Origin: an uncultured virus (IMG/VR IMGVR_UViG_3300028593_000005)
Lineage: Duplodnaviria; Heunggongvirae; Uroviricota; Caudoviricetes
Reading direction: 5' to 3' (one strand)
IMG/VR virus record: IMGVR_UViG_3300028593_000005
DNA length: 64,000 bases
The first letter of the stretch is position 1. Every line of letters begins with the position of its first letter. The translations under genes were made by a program, and so were the position numbers. Below are positions 47,870 through 58,500 of the stretch, one piece after another. The notes under the pieces are model-generated. The model was not told the origin of the DNA. It worked only from the letters and a program-made list of their open reading frames with translations, and ran no database searches.

Positions 47870-48736
47870 TTAAACCGCCTGCTGCTGAGGCTGTACTGTC
47901 TGGATACTGCTCTGCATGATTGTAGGAATGCCATTGAGCTCATTGACGAAGTTGTCTTCAAAGAACTCAAGATTACATATGAATGGTGTTTTAACTATTT
48001 CGCTTGTGCCGAGCTTCGTCACCATATCATCATGAGACGAGAAGCTATATACTTCATAAAGATCTGTCATTACAGAGAATATAGATGGGCTCATATAGTC
48101 ATTCACTTCTCCAGTTATATACTTTTTCATCAGTGAATAGTCATGAGTAGATGTACATAACCAGAAAGCGGTGTTCTTCTTGATGTTCTGCTCTAAACGA
48201 TTCCACCAATCAGCGATTGTGCATGGGAATGGTATCGGCGATGGTATCGACTTTACTGCTTCATAAAATGCTTTGAACTCTTCCCACATCTGTTCAGGTG
48301 AAGGGAAGTTCTTAGGAACCACATACTTATCATAGACAAGCTTTTCAAAACTCTTCAGAACCTGATGAGTCTTGATCTGATCGTACAGCATCATTGCGAT
48401 ACTTGTGTTTGTCTTTGCGATCTGAGCGTCCACCGCATCCTGTCTCTGCTGAGGCGTTAAGCTCGGATCCTTGATCAAATCAAGAGTTGTCTTGTATGTT
48501 GTACTGAACTCCTTTTCTCTCTTGAAAACGGATCCAGTATAGAACAGTATCTCCACAGGATAACCGATGTGGGTTATCTGAAATGAGATCCTCATGTTTG
48601 GAACGTCGAATTCAGTGCATACTACGCTGTATCCCTGAATTCCTGTTGTTGCCATTGCGTTGGTTACGTTGAACGTAATGTTCTGTATAACCTTAGTGTC
48701 ATCAACTTTGTTTGTGTTTGCATCATAATAGATCAT
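47870..48736 (-). CDS. Hypothetical early protein
   Basis: 288 aa, AAAGGAGG RBS; early motif at 48800..48809. Confidence 0.75.
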   Translation of the reverse strand: MIYYDANTNKVDDTKVIQNITFNVTNAMATTGIQGYSVVCTEFDVPNMRISFQITHIGYPVEILFYTGSVFKREKEFSTTYKTTLDLIKDPSLTPQQRQDAVDAQIAKTNTSIAMMLYDQIKTHQVLKSFEKLVYDKYVVPKNFPSPEQMWEEFKAFYEAVKSIPSPIPFPCTIADWWNRLEQNIKKNTAFWLCTSTHDYSLMKKYITGEVNDYMSPSIFSVMTDLYEVYSFSSHDDMVTKLGTSEIVKTPFICNLEFFEDNFVNELNGIPTIMQSSIQTVQPQQQAV

Positions 48737-48799
48737 AATGTGATCCTCCTTTAAAAATTTTTATTACGAGAGCTGATCAGCTTGCTCTCTTACACCTAT

Positions 48800-48809
48800 A
48801 TAATATACA
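48800..48809 (-). promoter_or_regulatory. Putative early promoter TGTATATTAT
   Basis: Heads the 48736->46204 operon. Confidence 0.6.
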
Positions 48810-48848
48810 TTCATCTGCTCGTTTAGGCAATGGAAAACAGCCTTGGGA

Positions 48849-50375
48849 TCACCCAAGGCTTTTGTATCCCATGATGAATGGATTGATGCCTTTGGCTCTC
48901 TCTTCCAAGATAGCCTTAGTCACTTTATCAAGTTGTCTGTCATTGAACTTCATTGTCTTGATATCCATAGCATACTCTTCATACATTACCAGATTAGTCT
49001 CATAGTACTTCCTGATTGTATGTACTGAGTCATCTATGACATCTATAAAGTAGCTTCCCCTTATTCGAGTTCTTCCAAGTCTCTGTCTACACTTAGGTCT
49101 ACTCTTCATAGGTTCTGCCAATTGAACAGAGCAAATAGCGTCCGACACATCTAATGCTTCTCCTGCCGATATAGATGTAGTCAGAATGATCTTATGATCT
49201 AATGCACTTCTCTTATCCTTATTCAAGGATGTATAGATGCCTACACTGTAAGTATACTCTGGATAGTTTTCGAGTATCCAATCATATACCACTTGTATAG
49301 CTTCATTGCTCGCCATAAAGATAAGTATCCTTCCAGCCATCTTACTAATCAAATCCATTACGATATGACAGATCTTCTGAAAGTTTGGATACTTTGTCAC
49401 TATAGCGGCATAGTTTATCTTGTTGAACCCGTAGAAGTTTCCACAGTTACTGATATCTTGTGGTGTCATTCTACTATTGTAACGGATAGAGATATAGTGA
49501 GTTCTCGGATCCTTATCTGGATCAAAGAGCTTTATAGTAGGTACATTCTTGAAGTAGAGTTGGAAGATCTTGTTATCTCCCTCATCTCCTCGTTCTGGAG
49601 TTGCTGTCATATAGATAGTCTTATAAGTGTCACTAAAGTAATCTATATGCGACATTGCATCAAAGTAAAGATGAGCTTCATCAAAGATCTTAACACCTAT
49701 ACCTAGATACTTAAACAACTCTCCAATTGCTCCCCATCCCTGTCTACTAGCCAGAGATGTTAGAGTAGAGTGAGTTACTAGATAGACTTTCACCTTATCT
49801 AGATTAGCTTGATTCTTCTTATATAGACTGGCTATGGACGGAGAACCAGTGATTGTATAGACTTCTTTACTATCTATATTACAATGCTCTAAGATTCTTT
49901 CCTTCCACTGTTTCAACCAATCTACAGAAGAAGCTATAACTATTCCCTTGATGTTCATGAATGCCATATATGCTATACCAAGATATGTTTTACCTGCACC
50001 AGTGTTAAGCGCAAGCAACATCTGCGAGGCATTCTTGGTGTACGAGTATTCATTCATACCTAAGAGAAACCTGATACTCTCTTTTTGTACGTCATCTTTG
50101 GGTCCATACTTTAAAAGTGTTTGAGTAAGGTTCACACGATACCCATCACACGTAGTCTGGTAATGGGCCTTAACCTCAAACGTGTTCTCTAAAGTCCTTA
50201 TACTTATACCTCTCGGGAGATAGAGTTTCCGTGCATGCTCGTCATATATGATGTGCTCAAACGTTACTGATCTCGTAGCTTTGTTCCATACACGGAATTT
50301 GTTCTCTATCTTAGGTGCATCTCCCCATGTATAATCATTGATGATTACACAAGTAGGTCGTACTTCAATCTTCAT
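48849..50375 (-). CDS. Superfamily 2 helicase (DEAH, UvsW/phiKZ gp75-like)
   Basis: Walker A NTGAGKT, IFDEAH, MTATPER, QRLGRTR. Confidence 0.88.
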   Translation of the reverse strand: MKIEVRPTCVIINDYTWGDAPKIENKFRVWNKATRSVTFEHIIYDEHARKLYLPRGISIRTLENTFEVKAHYQTTCDGYRVNLTQTLLKYGPKDDVQKESIRFLLGMNEYSYTKNASQMLLALNTGAGKTYLGIAYMAFMNIKGIVIASSVDWLKQWKERILEHCNIDSKEVYTITGSPSIASLYKKNQANLDKVKVYLVTHSTLTSLASRQGWGAIGELFKYLGIGVKIFDEAHLYFDAMSHIDYFSDTYKTIYMTATPERGDEGDNKIFQLYFKNVPTIKLFDPDKDPRTHYISIRYNSRMTPQDISNCGNFYGFNKINYAAIVTKYPNFQKICHIVMDLISKMAGRILIFMASNEAIQVVYDWILENYPEYTYSVGIYTSLNKDKRSALDHKIILTTSISAGEALDVSDAICSVQLAEPMKSRPKCRQRLGRTRIRGSYFIDVIDDSVHTIRKYYETNLVMYEEYAMDIKTMKFNDRQLDKVTKAILEERAKGINPFIMGYKSLG

Positions 50376-50423
50376 TGGTCGTCCTCCCTAAAAAGAATGG
50401 GGAGGAAAAGTCCTCCCCACTCG

Positions 50424-52568
50424 TTAGTTGTTTAAGTCCTCTGGCTTCTCAATGATTTCGAAGAGAGGTTTAGTCTGTACTTCACTCTCTACCTTCTCTG
50501 CCATGTAAACCTGCGGCTGAACATGAGCAAACATGTCGAGCTTACTAGGTGCTGTCTTTCTGAAGGAGATTGGTTTGTACAGTGTACGAGCAAGGTTCTC
50601 ATACTGCATGGTAACCTGAATGCTCGGATTAGTCTCAAGAGCCTGACGAAGAGTAAGTATTCTATACTCCTGATCTGGATAGTCCCAGTCTGGCTTTAGA
50701 AGTACATCATCTACAGCTCTGATCTGGTTCATGATTATGATTTCTGCATGGACGGAACGGATACCACCCATACCGCAATCGATAAGCTTATTGATGAAGT
50801 CCCTAAGAATCTCATGTCTTGTATAGTTACAAGTCTTTGTCTTGAGATTGATGATAGACATAACCTCTTTCAGATTCTTACCAAGATCGTCATTATAAAT
50901 ACCTACACCAAAGACAGGTATTCTAGACTGCTGAAGATCTGTGATAGGAATGAAGATGTCTGTCTCATCCTCATACTGTTTAGAGTTTATCAGCTTACAG
51001 AACTCATCCTGGAGATACAGACATTCATTGTTAGTACCATGAATCTCTATCACTTCTCCCTCTGGAGTTATGATCTCAAACTGAGTAATGTAATCTCTGA
51101 GTATATCGAAGTCGTCACCATCACCATCGCTATCACTCATAGATACAACTGTTTCTGTATCTACGCTGTCTCTATCGATATGAATCAACCACTTCTTACC
51201 ACCAAGAAATTCACTGTTTACATAGATATCCTCATCGTCGAACGTAAAGAACTGATCGAACTGCTCCTGAGGAGTACTCCACTCAATCTTACTAATCTTA
51301 GCCTCAAGAAGATGCTTAGCAGACAGCATAAGCTGAGTGAGAGTCTGTGAGATTAACTCTGCGGCAATCTTACCGATGTTTACGATGCGATTGCCCATGA
51401 AGAGATTTCCATAACACTTCCTACAAATGCCCTGTCCTCTGGCTGCACTTGCACAAGTGATAGGAGATCTCAGATAGATTGTCTTACCAACAAGATCATG
51501 TCTAAGAGTATTGAGACAACCAGTGTTATACTCCATTCCGTCAGGATGAAGTCTGAAGTATCTATCCTGATACATCTCGATATTCTCTTCAGTGAGAGTT
51601 ACTTCAACGAAGTTCTTGGTATGACAATCATAGTCAGGATCAACGTTGCCGAACTCATCTGTATAGAGATTCGTATCTATCTGGTTCAGACCAAGTACTC
51701 TGGCGAAAGCACCTGAATCTGCTGTGTTCTGTTTGGACAGAATCTGAGCCTGACGTCCAATACCTGCTTCAGCTACCATCCATTCAAAACGGTTAAGACC
51801 ACCTCTCATATAAGAAGCGTCTATAGAGTGTGGGAAGATTCCTCCCTCACCGTTAGGCTTGATACCAATGTTAGAGATCATCTCTCTAAACTGCTTTGGC
51901 TTTACACCTACCTTAGCCCTGAAAGCATCTGCAAGACAGTGGTCTCTTCCAATCCACTTCTTACTCTCAAGGATAAGCTCAATGATTCTATTACAATCCT
52001 TCATTGCCTCGGCGTTCATCTGATCAGCAGGAAGGTTTGAATAGTCTTTATGCATCAGCTCATCAAACTCAGGACAAGCATTAGCCATGAGAATGAAGTC
52101 CTCATGATTGATTGAGTTGTTGTAGAACAGAGCAAACTTCTCTGCGAACTTAAGAGTCTTATGGTTAGTATAGATCATCTCATTAAGTCTCTTAGGATCC
52201 ATCGTTTCTCTGTTAGGAATGATAGCGTACTTGTTGATGTAGTTTGCTATAGCCTTCTTATCTATTCCCTTCTTACAGAAGAACAGATGCCAAGGCTTAA
52301 GTGTATGTCCTGCTTCAAGAACGAAGCCCCACATACAAAGATTGACCATAAGATCTGGTAATGTGAGTCTTACACTCTTCTTATAGTCTCTGAATGTGAC
52401 TGTTACTTTAGTCTGCATTAGCGGTTGTTCGACGTTATCTGTAATCAGATTCTGCAGACCTATACGATAGTCATTAAGTTTTGTGTTGTCGAGATTTTCA
52501 GCTACGATCTCAACAGGTTGATTCTGAAGTAAGCATGTCCATACTCCATATAAATCGGTTCGTGTCAT
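50424..52568 (-). CDS. rpoC: Split multisubunit RNA polymerase beta' C-terminal subunit (likely non-virion RNAP)
   Basis: Bridge helix KQNTADSGAFAR; Zn site RSPITC..GICRKCYG; trigger loop IGKIAAELISQTLTQLMLSAKH; HAEIII..QIR; no DFDGD; early motif at 52630..52639. Confidence 0.9.
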   Translation of the reverse strand: MTRTDLYGVWTCLLQNQPVEIVAENLDNTKLNDYRIGLQNLITDNVEQPLMQTKVTVTFRDYKKSVRLTLPDLMVNLCMWGFVLEAGHTLKPWHLFFCKKGIDKKAIANYINKYAIIPNRETMDPKRLNEMIYTNHKTLKFAEKFALFYNNSINHEDFILMANACPEFDELMHKDYSNLPADQMNAEAMKDCNRIIELILESKKWIGRDHCLADAFRAKVGVKPKQFREMISNIGIKPNGEGGIFPHSIDASYMRGGLNRFEWMVAEAGIGRQAQILSKQNTADSGAFARVLGLNQIDTNLYTDEFGNVDPDYDCHTKNFVEVTLTEENIEMYQDRYFRLHPDGMEYNTGCLNTLRHDLVGKTIYLRSPITCASAARGQGICRKCYGNLFMGNRIVNIGKIAAELISQTLTQLMLSAKHLLEAKISKIEWSTPQEQFDQFFTFDDEDIYVNSEFLGGKKWLIHIDRDSVDTETVVSMSDSDGDGDDFDILRDYITQFEIITPEGEVIEIHGTNNECLYLQDEFCKLINSKQYEDETDIFIPITDLQQSRIPVFGVGIYNDDLGKNLKEVMSIINLKTKTCNYTRHEILRDFINKLIDCGMGGIRSVHAEIIIMNQIRAVDDVLLKPDWDYPDQEYRILTLRQALETNPSIQVTMQYENLARTLYKPISFRKTAPSKLDMFAHVQPQVYMAEKVESEVQTKPLFEIIEKPEDLNN

Positions 52569-52629
52569 TGTCCTCTACCTCCTTAGTATTGGATAGTTTC
52601 AGTATAGGTAAACCTCTACTGTCGCTCCT

Positions 52630-52639
52630 ATAATATACA
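52630..52639 (-). promoter_or_regulatory. Putative early promoter TGTATATTAT
   Basis: Upstream of the beta'C-helicase operon. Confidence 0.6.
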
Positions 52640-52656
52640 ACGAAAGGCATGATTGA

Positions 52657-52679
52657 GAGGGTAGGCATTGCCTACCCTC
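52657..52679. terminator. Palindromic hairpin, identical to 44890..44912
   Basis: GAGGGTAGGCATTGCCTACCCTC. Confidence 0.65.
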
Positions 52680-52686
52680 CATTCGA

Positions 52687-53133
52687 TTAGTCTCTGTGAG
52701 AGATGTCTGCAGCCTTAAGCATCTTAGGCTTGTTGACATTCTTGAGATACTCCTTCTGGCCGATTCTTGCAACCTTCTGAGCTCTTGAGTTGTACTTCTT
52801 CTCAATAGCTGCGAGAAGCTTACGCTCTCTGATACGGTTGACCTTAAGAGCCTTCCAGAGAGGATCGTTGTTATCCTTAGCAAGCTGAAGAGCAGCCATA
52901 GTTGTACGTCTGCTGATGTCATCGTTCTTGTTAAGTCTAACCAGTGTCTTGCGGTTAGTGATGTTCTTCTTCTCGAGAAGAGCGATCTCTGCTGATTCGA
53001 AGAGAGCTTTCTTTTCCTCATCGCTGCAGTTAGCGAAATCATCGTAGAAGAAAGCTTCCATGAGTGCATCCATGTCTACGTCGATAGCTTCGACCTCAGG
53101 ACTTACTCCAGTTGACTGTGAATATATTCCCAT
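52687..53133 (-). CDS. Probable small internal head protein (acidic propeptide plus basic mature part)
   Basis: Acidic N-half with LME/LFE/LLE sites; very basic C-half; high codon bias; AACT-N6-TAA at 53188..53199. Confidence 0.55.
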   Translation of the reverse strand: MGIYSQSTGVSPEVEAIDVDMDALMEAFFYDDFANCSDEEKKALFESAEIALLEKKNITNRKTLVRLNKNDDISRRTTMAALQLAKDNNDPLWKALKVNRIRERKLLAAIEKKYNSRAQKVARIGQKEYLKNVNKPKMLKAADISHRD

Positions 53134-53225
53134 GTTTGGATTCCTCCTTGTTTAGTATATCTGAGTGGTGTAATTGCCACTACTGATTATATAATAGTTC
53201 TGTCAGAACGACTAAAAAGAAGGAA

Positions 53226-53252
53226 ATGGGTAGGGAAGAACTCCCTACCCAT
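53226..53252 (-). terminator. Terminator after the polymerase C-half
   Basis: ATGGGTAGGGA/TCCCTACCCAT with a pyrimidine tail on the minus strand. Confidence 0.65.
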
Positions 53253-53256
53253 AGCC

Positions 53257-55413
53257 TTACAGGGATACAATGTTTGTGAAGTTCACATTCTTCTTCTCTC
53301 GTCTGTCTATGCCGAGAGCTTCTACTGGGAATGTAGCAATGTTATCATTGATAACCTGAGTGTAGTTGATGAATGGCTTAACCCACTCTGGTACATCTTC
53401 TTCAGAAAGTATAGCAATATTACCACACTCTCCCTTGAAGTCCTTTGATGCGAGCATCTTTACTGCTCTTTCGTATACATCTGGGAATGTGTCCTTGATC
53501 TGGTCGATATTCTTTTCTGTCATATCTGTCTTGATGATCAGAACAGTGTTACGTGTAGTAAGATCAATGATTGGCTCATTGTCTCTTCTGAGCAGATTAT
53601 ACGCTACAGCCGCCTTGATGGTATACTGCCCCATAGGATCTGCATAACCAGACGATGCCTTTATACGCTGTGGCTTAAAGTAACTCTTATCACCTGCCAT
53701 GAGAGAGTCGTAGATCATCTTCTCAAGAGCAGCGAGCTGTTTGATGATATCTATCTGAGAAATATTCTCTGCATTGAGCACGAAGTACCATAGGATTTCT
53801 TCAATTCTTCTTGCTGTCTTCTCAGGTATACCAACCTTACGGATAGGCATACCTTTAACATCAAGAGCTTCCTCAAGAGGAATGAATGCATTCTCCTGAC
53901 GTTCCTGATAACAACAGTAGTTCTTCTTCACCATTGTAACGAGAGCCTGCTTAAGCTGGAACTCATTCTTGAGTATGAAGAATGACTTACGTATCTTACC
54001 GTCTGCTGTTTTGATAGCATTAGAGTTAGTAGAATACCTTGTCATATAATCAATCGACAAACGTCCCATGATATGAGCAAGTACATTGATGAGAGAACAA
54101 CGATATCCTGCTGTAGGACCTACAGAGTTATCATCACTCAGAGTCTGCTGAAGATCAATAACTTCATCCTTGAAGAAGTCGTAGTCATATGAATGAACGT
54201 CTGCTCTCCATACCTTACCCTCATTGTTCTGCTCGATTTCCTTAATCCTCATCGGGATCTTGTATGTCTTATCAAGAAGATAACGATACCATCCATCGAA
54301 GCTAATGAAGCAAGAGTCAGTATCTGTAAGGATAGATACAGAACGAACCATGTTCTCTGCTCTATCGAGACGATCCATATACTGATGTCCATAGTATACA
54401 TACTCTTTAACGAGTTCATATACTTCATCAAGAGCTGCTTTGATCTGATCTGCAAGATGACTAGCTTCTTCTTCAGTCATCGGGTTATCAGTATCCTTAA
54501 GAGCATCATAGATGTCCTTAGCATTAGGAGTCTTGTTCGGATCCATGAAGTGTATCGGAAGCAAACTGAGGAAGTATACAACCTTATCCATAACGTACTT
54601 ATTGTCGAAGAAGTAGAAGAGGTTATTCTTGAAGAAGATACGGTTAAGATCTTCCTGGTCAAGCTGATTGATGATATCCCATACAATCATCAGATCCTTC
54701 TCTGAAGGTCTGTAGTAGAAACCACATGTACAGATAAGCTGACAGAATACATCGTATGCTGATACTGGCATATCAATGACATCATAGTCATTATACTTAC
54801 GAGTAGGTCTCTCACGACGAACGTTATTGATGAACTGTATGATCTCATTGAGTGAGCCGAACTTAACGTTATTGTTGAGTGTAGCTTCAAACAAGAGAAG
54901 TGCTGTAGCAATACAGTTCTGACCCTGCATCGTGATAGACGAAGCAACGTTAACGTTGTAGAAGATAGATGTATGATTACCACTAGCTCCATAGATAGCA
55001 TTTGCAGATACTTTCTCTGAAAGCTGAAGAAGATTATACTTCTCATACATCTCTGATCCCTTAGGATACTTAAGCATCATATCCTTATACTCAGCTCTCT
55101 TAGTCAGGAACTCCTGAATGAGGTCTACGTATGGGTTAGGACAAGTATCATGCTTCTTAAAGAGAACACCAGATACAGTTACTATCGGTTCTCGTTCTAT
55201 GATATATTTCAGGACGTTATACAATGTAGTGTCCTGCTGATTGTGTGTGTAATTGTTATCCAGTTTCACTGGTGTATCAGAAAATCTTTTAGCTATAGAG
55301 TAATCTATAGCTGCATCGATATCCGCATCGAACAGTCTTGGGAATGACAGTCTCAATGCTTCTTTCATTTCGGTCTTATAGATGGTAAGACCTTTGTTTG
55401 ATATAGGTATCAT
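53257..55413 (-). CDS. polB: Split family B DNA polymerase, C-terminal subunit (motifs B and C)
   Basis: R..YK..M, Q..EKVSANAIYG (motif B), TDTDS (motif C), KKNY, VKG. Confidence 0.9.
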   Translation of the reverse strand: MIPISNKGLTIYKTEMKEALRLSFPRLFDADIDAAIDYSIAKRFSDTPVKLDNNYTHNQQDTTLYNVLKYIIEREPIVTVSGVLFKKHDTCPNPYVDLIQEFLTKRAEYKDMMLKYPKGSEMYEKYNLLQLSEKVSANAIYGASGNHTSIFYNVNVASSITMQGQNCIATALLLFEATLNNNVKFGSLNEIIQFINNVRRERPTRKYNDYDVIDMPVSAYDVFCQLICTCGFYYRPSEKDLMIVWDIINQLDQEDLNRIFFKNNLFYFFDNKYVMDKVVYFLSLLPIHFMDPNKTPNAKDIYDALKDTDNPMTEEEASHLADQIKAALDEVYELVKEYVYYGHQYMDRLDRAENMVRSVSILTDTDSCFISFDGWYRYLLDKTYKIPMRIKEIEQNNEGKVWRADVHSYDYDFFKDEVIDLQQTLSDDNSVGPTAGYRCSLINVLAHIMGRLSIDYMTRYSTNSNAIKTADGKIRKSFFILKNEFQLKQALVTMVKKNYCCYQERQENAFIPLEEALDVKGMPIRKVGIPEKTARRIEEILWYFVLNAENISQIDIIKQLAALEKMIYDSLMAGDKSYFKPQRIKASSGYADPMGQYTIKAAVAYNLLRRDNEPIIDLTTRNTVLIIKTDMTEKNIDQIKDTFPDVYERAVKMLASKDFKGECGNIAILSEEDVPEWVKPFINYTQVINDNIATFPVEALGIDRREKKNVNFTNIVSL

Positions 55414-55431
55414 AGTTTTCCTCCTTGTTCA

Positions 55432-55475
55432 TAATCGTCCCAAACACGTACGATTATTTGATTATTTAATGGTTG
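55432..55475 (-). promoter_or_regulatory. Polymerase leader element copy 2
   Basis: 43/44 identical to 28441..28484; an additional early motif lies at 55487..55496. Confidence 0.8.
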
Positions 55476-55518
55476 AGTGTTCTCTAATAGTATACAATCG
55501 TACCAATTTGGAGGGAGG

Positions 55519-55530
55519 AACATCTTAGTA
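55519..55530 (+). promoter_or_regulatory. Late promoter AACA-N6-TA
   Basis: AACAtcttagTAA. Confidence 0.65.
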
Positions 55531-55554
55531 ATCTGACAGAAAGGAGGGAACCTT

Positions 55555-58500
55555 ATGCTCAATAAGGTAGCTCAATATGCTAAGAACGTTGGTAAGTCAG
55601 TTATCTATTCTGCTGCTGATGTAGCAGGAGAGATGTTTACCAACCCTAAATCATTCGTTGAAGAGAATAAGGAATCCTTAAAGGGTGTGTATAATTCGGT
55701 GCGAGACTATCGTACCACTTTTAAACGTGTCAAGGATAGGATTCAGAAGAGCGACGTTTATGTAGCTGCTTCTGTAGGTGTAAACTCACTCATAGAAGAT
55801 ATCAAAACTGGCGACTGGTATGCTAAGGATCGTGAAACTAGACTCACCGAGAAGTTTGGCGGACTTGGTATCGGTGACGACTGGGATATGGATGGAGCTG
55901 AGTTCGACTGGGATAAAGAAGGTATGGATGTAAGTGATGGTGATAAGATCATTGCTACAGCTATCAAGAAGAATACTAAGCTCAATACGATGATGACTAC
56001 TGATGCTATTGTCACAGTTGGCAAAGCTCAGATAGACGCATCTAGAGAGAATACTACTCTTCTCTTTATGCAGAACGAGAAGCTCATGGGATCAGTCAAC
56101 AATGGATTCGAAAGAATCACTAGACTGCTTACAGACTCAGCTAACGCCAATATCAAGAACCAGCAGAAGACTTGGGAGAAGACTGCCAAGTTCTATGAGA
56201 AGATCGAGAAGAACACCAATACTATAGTCGCTCAACTCGATGAACTGCTTAAGATGCAGAGAAATCTGTATGAAGACCAACGTCAGAGTCAGAAGAAGGG
56301 GAACAAAACCACTGTCACTAGCGTAGTCAATGCTAATGGTATGCTTAACCTCAGAGATTATAAGAATGCCATCAGAAAAAACCTCAGTGATACTATCACT
56401 GAAGCTACTGGTCTTTCTATGGATTCGTTTAAAATCGGCGATGGTAATACTCTTGCTCTCATGTTAGCTAACCCGATGAGAGAACTTACCCAAGGTTTTC
56501 TTAAGAAAAACATCAACAAGTCCTTTAAAGCTTCAGCAAACAATCTGAACGAGGTTTTGGGCGGTCTCGCCTATACTCTCTTTGGTCAGTTGAACAACAT
56601 GAAACTCAATGGTACTGGAATGAATAAGCTTATGGGGTCCATCTTCGGTATGAAGATGGATAGAGAAGGCAACTTTGATACTTCCAAGTACACTAAGGGT
56701 CCAGTTCCATTCGACGGTATCACTAAGAAAGCTATCACTGAAGTTATGCCACATCACCTCGCTAAGATCGCTTCTGCATTGACAGGAGAAGACGAGGAGA
56801 TCTTCGACTATAACAGTGGTAAGTGGACTACAAAGAGAGCTAAGTACAACGAGATTCTTAAGAATGAGAAGAATAAAGCTATGTCTGCTATGGGAGACTT
56901 CTTCTCTTATATGAAACAGGGTGTTGGAGGAGACTTCAACAAGATCATGAAAAGTAAGCAAGACGCAGATAAGTTCATCAAGGGACTCACTGCATTTGCT
57001 AATGCTTTCTATGAAAACCCAGACTTCAATATGCTTCGTAATCCTAGAGAGTACGGTATTGATGAAGATGTAGCTAAGTTCATTCAGAAGAGTTTCCAGG
57101 AGACTAAGTATAACTATCGTTACACTAAGAAGAGAGACTGGAGATATGGTAATGGTACAGCCGTAAAGGACAGAGAACAGCAGAGAATTGCTGGTCTTGA
57201 TTGGTCTAAGGGCAATCCTATACTGACTAGTAGAGACGATGTAACAGTTGTTCTCGCTAATACTATCAAGAGTGTCTTCGAGTCTCGTAAGAGAAATGCA
57301 GACAAGAGAAAGGACATAGGAAACAATCCTCTGTCACTTGAACTTCTGTTTGCTTCAGAGGGTATCGATATCAACAAGAACAGCGGAGAATGGCTCGAAC
57401 GCTTTAAGAAGAAGCACGGTGAATACGACCAGAAGTCTATAATGAACTCACCTACTGCTAAGGCTATAGCTATGACCGCTGATAAGTACGGTTATACTAT
57501 CTTCGATTACCTTAAGAATATCAAGCTCGACCTTGCTGGAATCAGAAGCAATGGCCTCTTCTCTATCGCACTTGGCGGTGGAGATCTTAACGATGCTAAT
57601 ACTTCTAACTCATCAGAAATGTCATTTGAAGTGAAGGAGAAGTATGATTGGAAAAGACTCCAAGAAGGTGATAAACGTAAGCGTCATGATGAAGAAGCAT
57701 TCGAAAGACGTTATCAGGAAGAGCAAGCTAAATGGGAACAAAATGAAAGGTATCGTAAGTCTGGTGATAAGCGTTATAACAAGAGACTCAGACGTCCTAA
57801 CAGAGTTGACCTTAGTAGTGACAATGTAAAGGGTCAGTTTGGTTCTATCCTCAATGACATCACTGAAGAGTTCAAGAGAGATGAAGTTGAGCGTCAGAAG
57901 CAAGAGAAAGCTAATCAGAAGGACATGTTCGATGTACTTGAAGAGTGGGGCCTTATTTCATCTGATGAAAAGAGAAATGCTCAGGCTGTCAAGTATGATA
58001 AGGAGAAAGACCTTAAGGAACAGATGAAGGCAGCTCAGGGTGGTAAGGCTAAACTCTTACTTGCTAGAGCATACATGAAGAGTATCGCAGATAAGCCATG
58101 GCAGTATGCTACAGATGCTATGGTAAGCACTGAGGCTCTGATTCATGATATCTTCTTCAAGCATGCTTTTAAGATGAAGAATAACGACGGCGAGACTGTA
58201 GAAGAAAAGGGTCTGTTCGGAATGCTCCAGGAGAGCTTCAAGGGCGGGTTCGATTCTCTTACAAATATGATCGGCACTAAGCTCGAGAACTTCTTTACCA
58301 AGGAAGATGGATGGTGGCAAAAGAATGTCGTTAAGAAGATCTTTGCTCCAGACAGTTTCTTTGGTCAGCTTAAGGAATCCATTATCGGCAAATCTGATGG
58401 CGAAGGTTTCAGAACTGGCGGTGTATTAGGTTCATTATGGGATTCTCTCAAGAGAAATGCTAACGATGTATCAGAGATAATTAAACGTGATGCTAGATCT

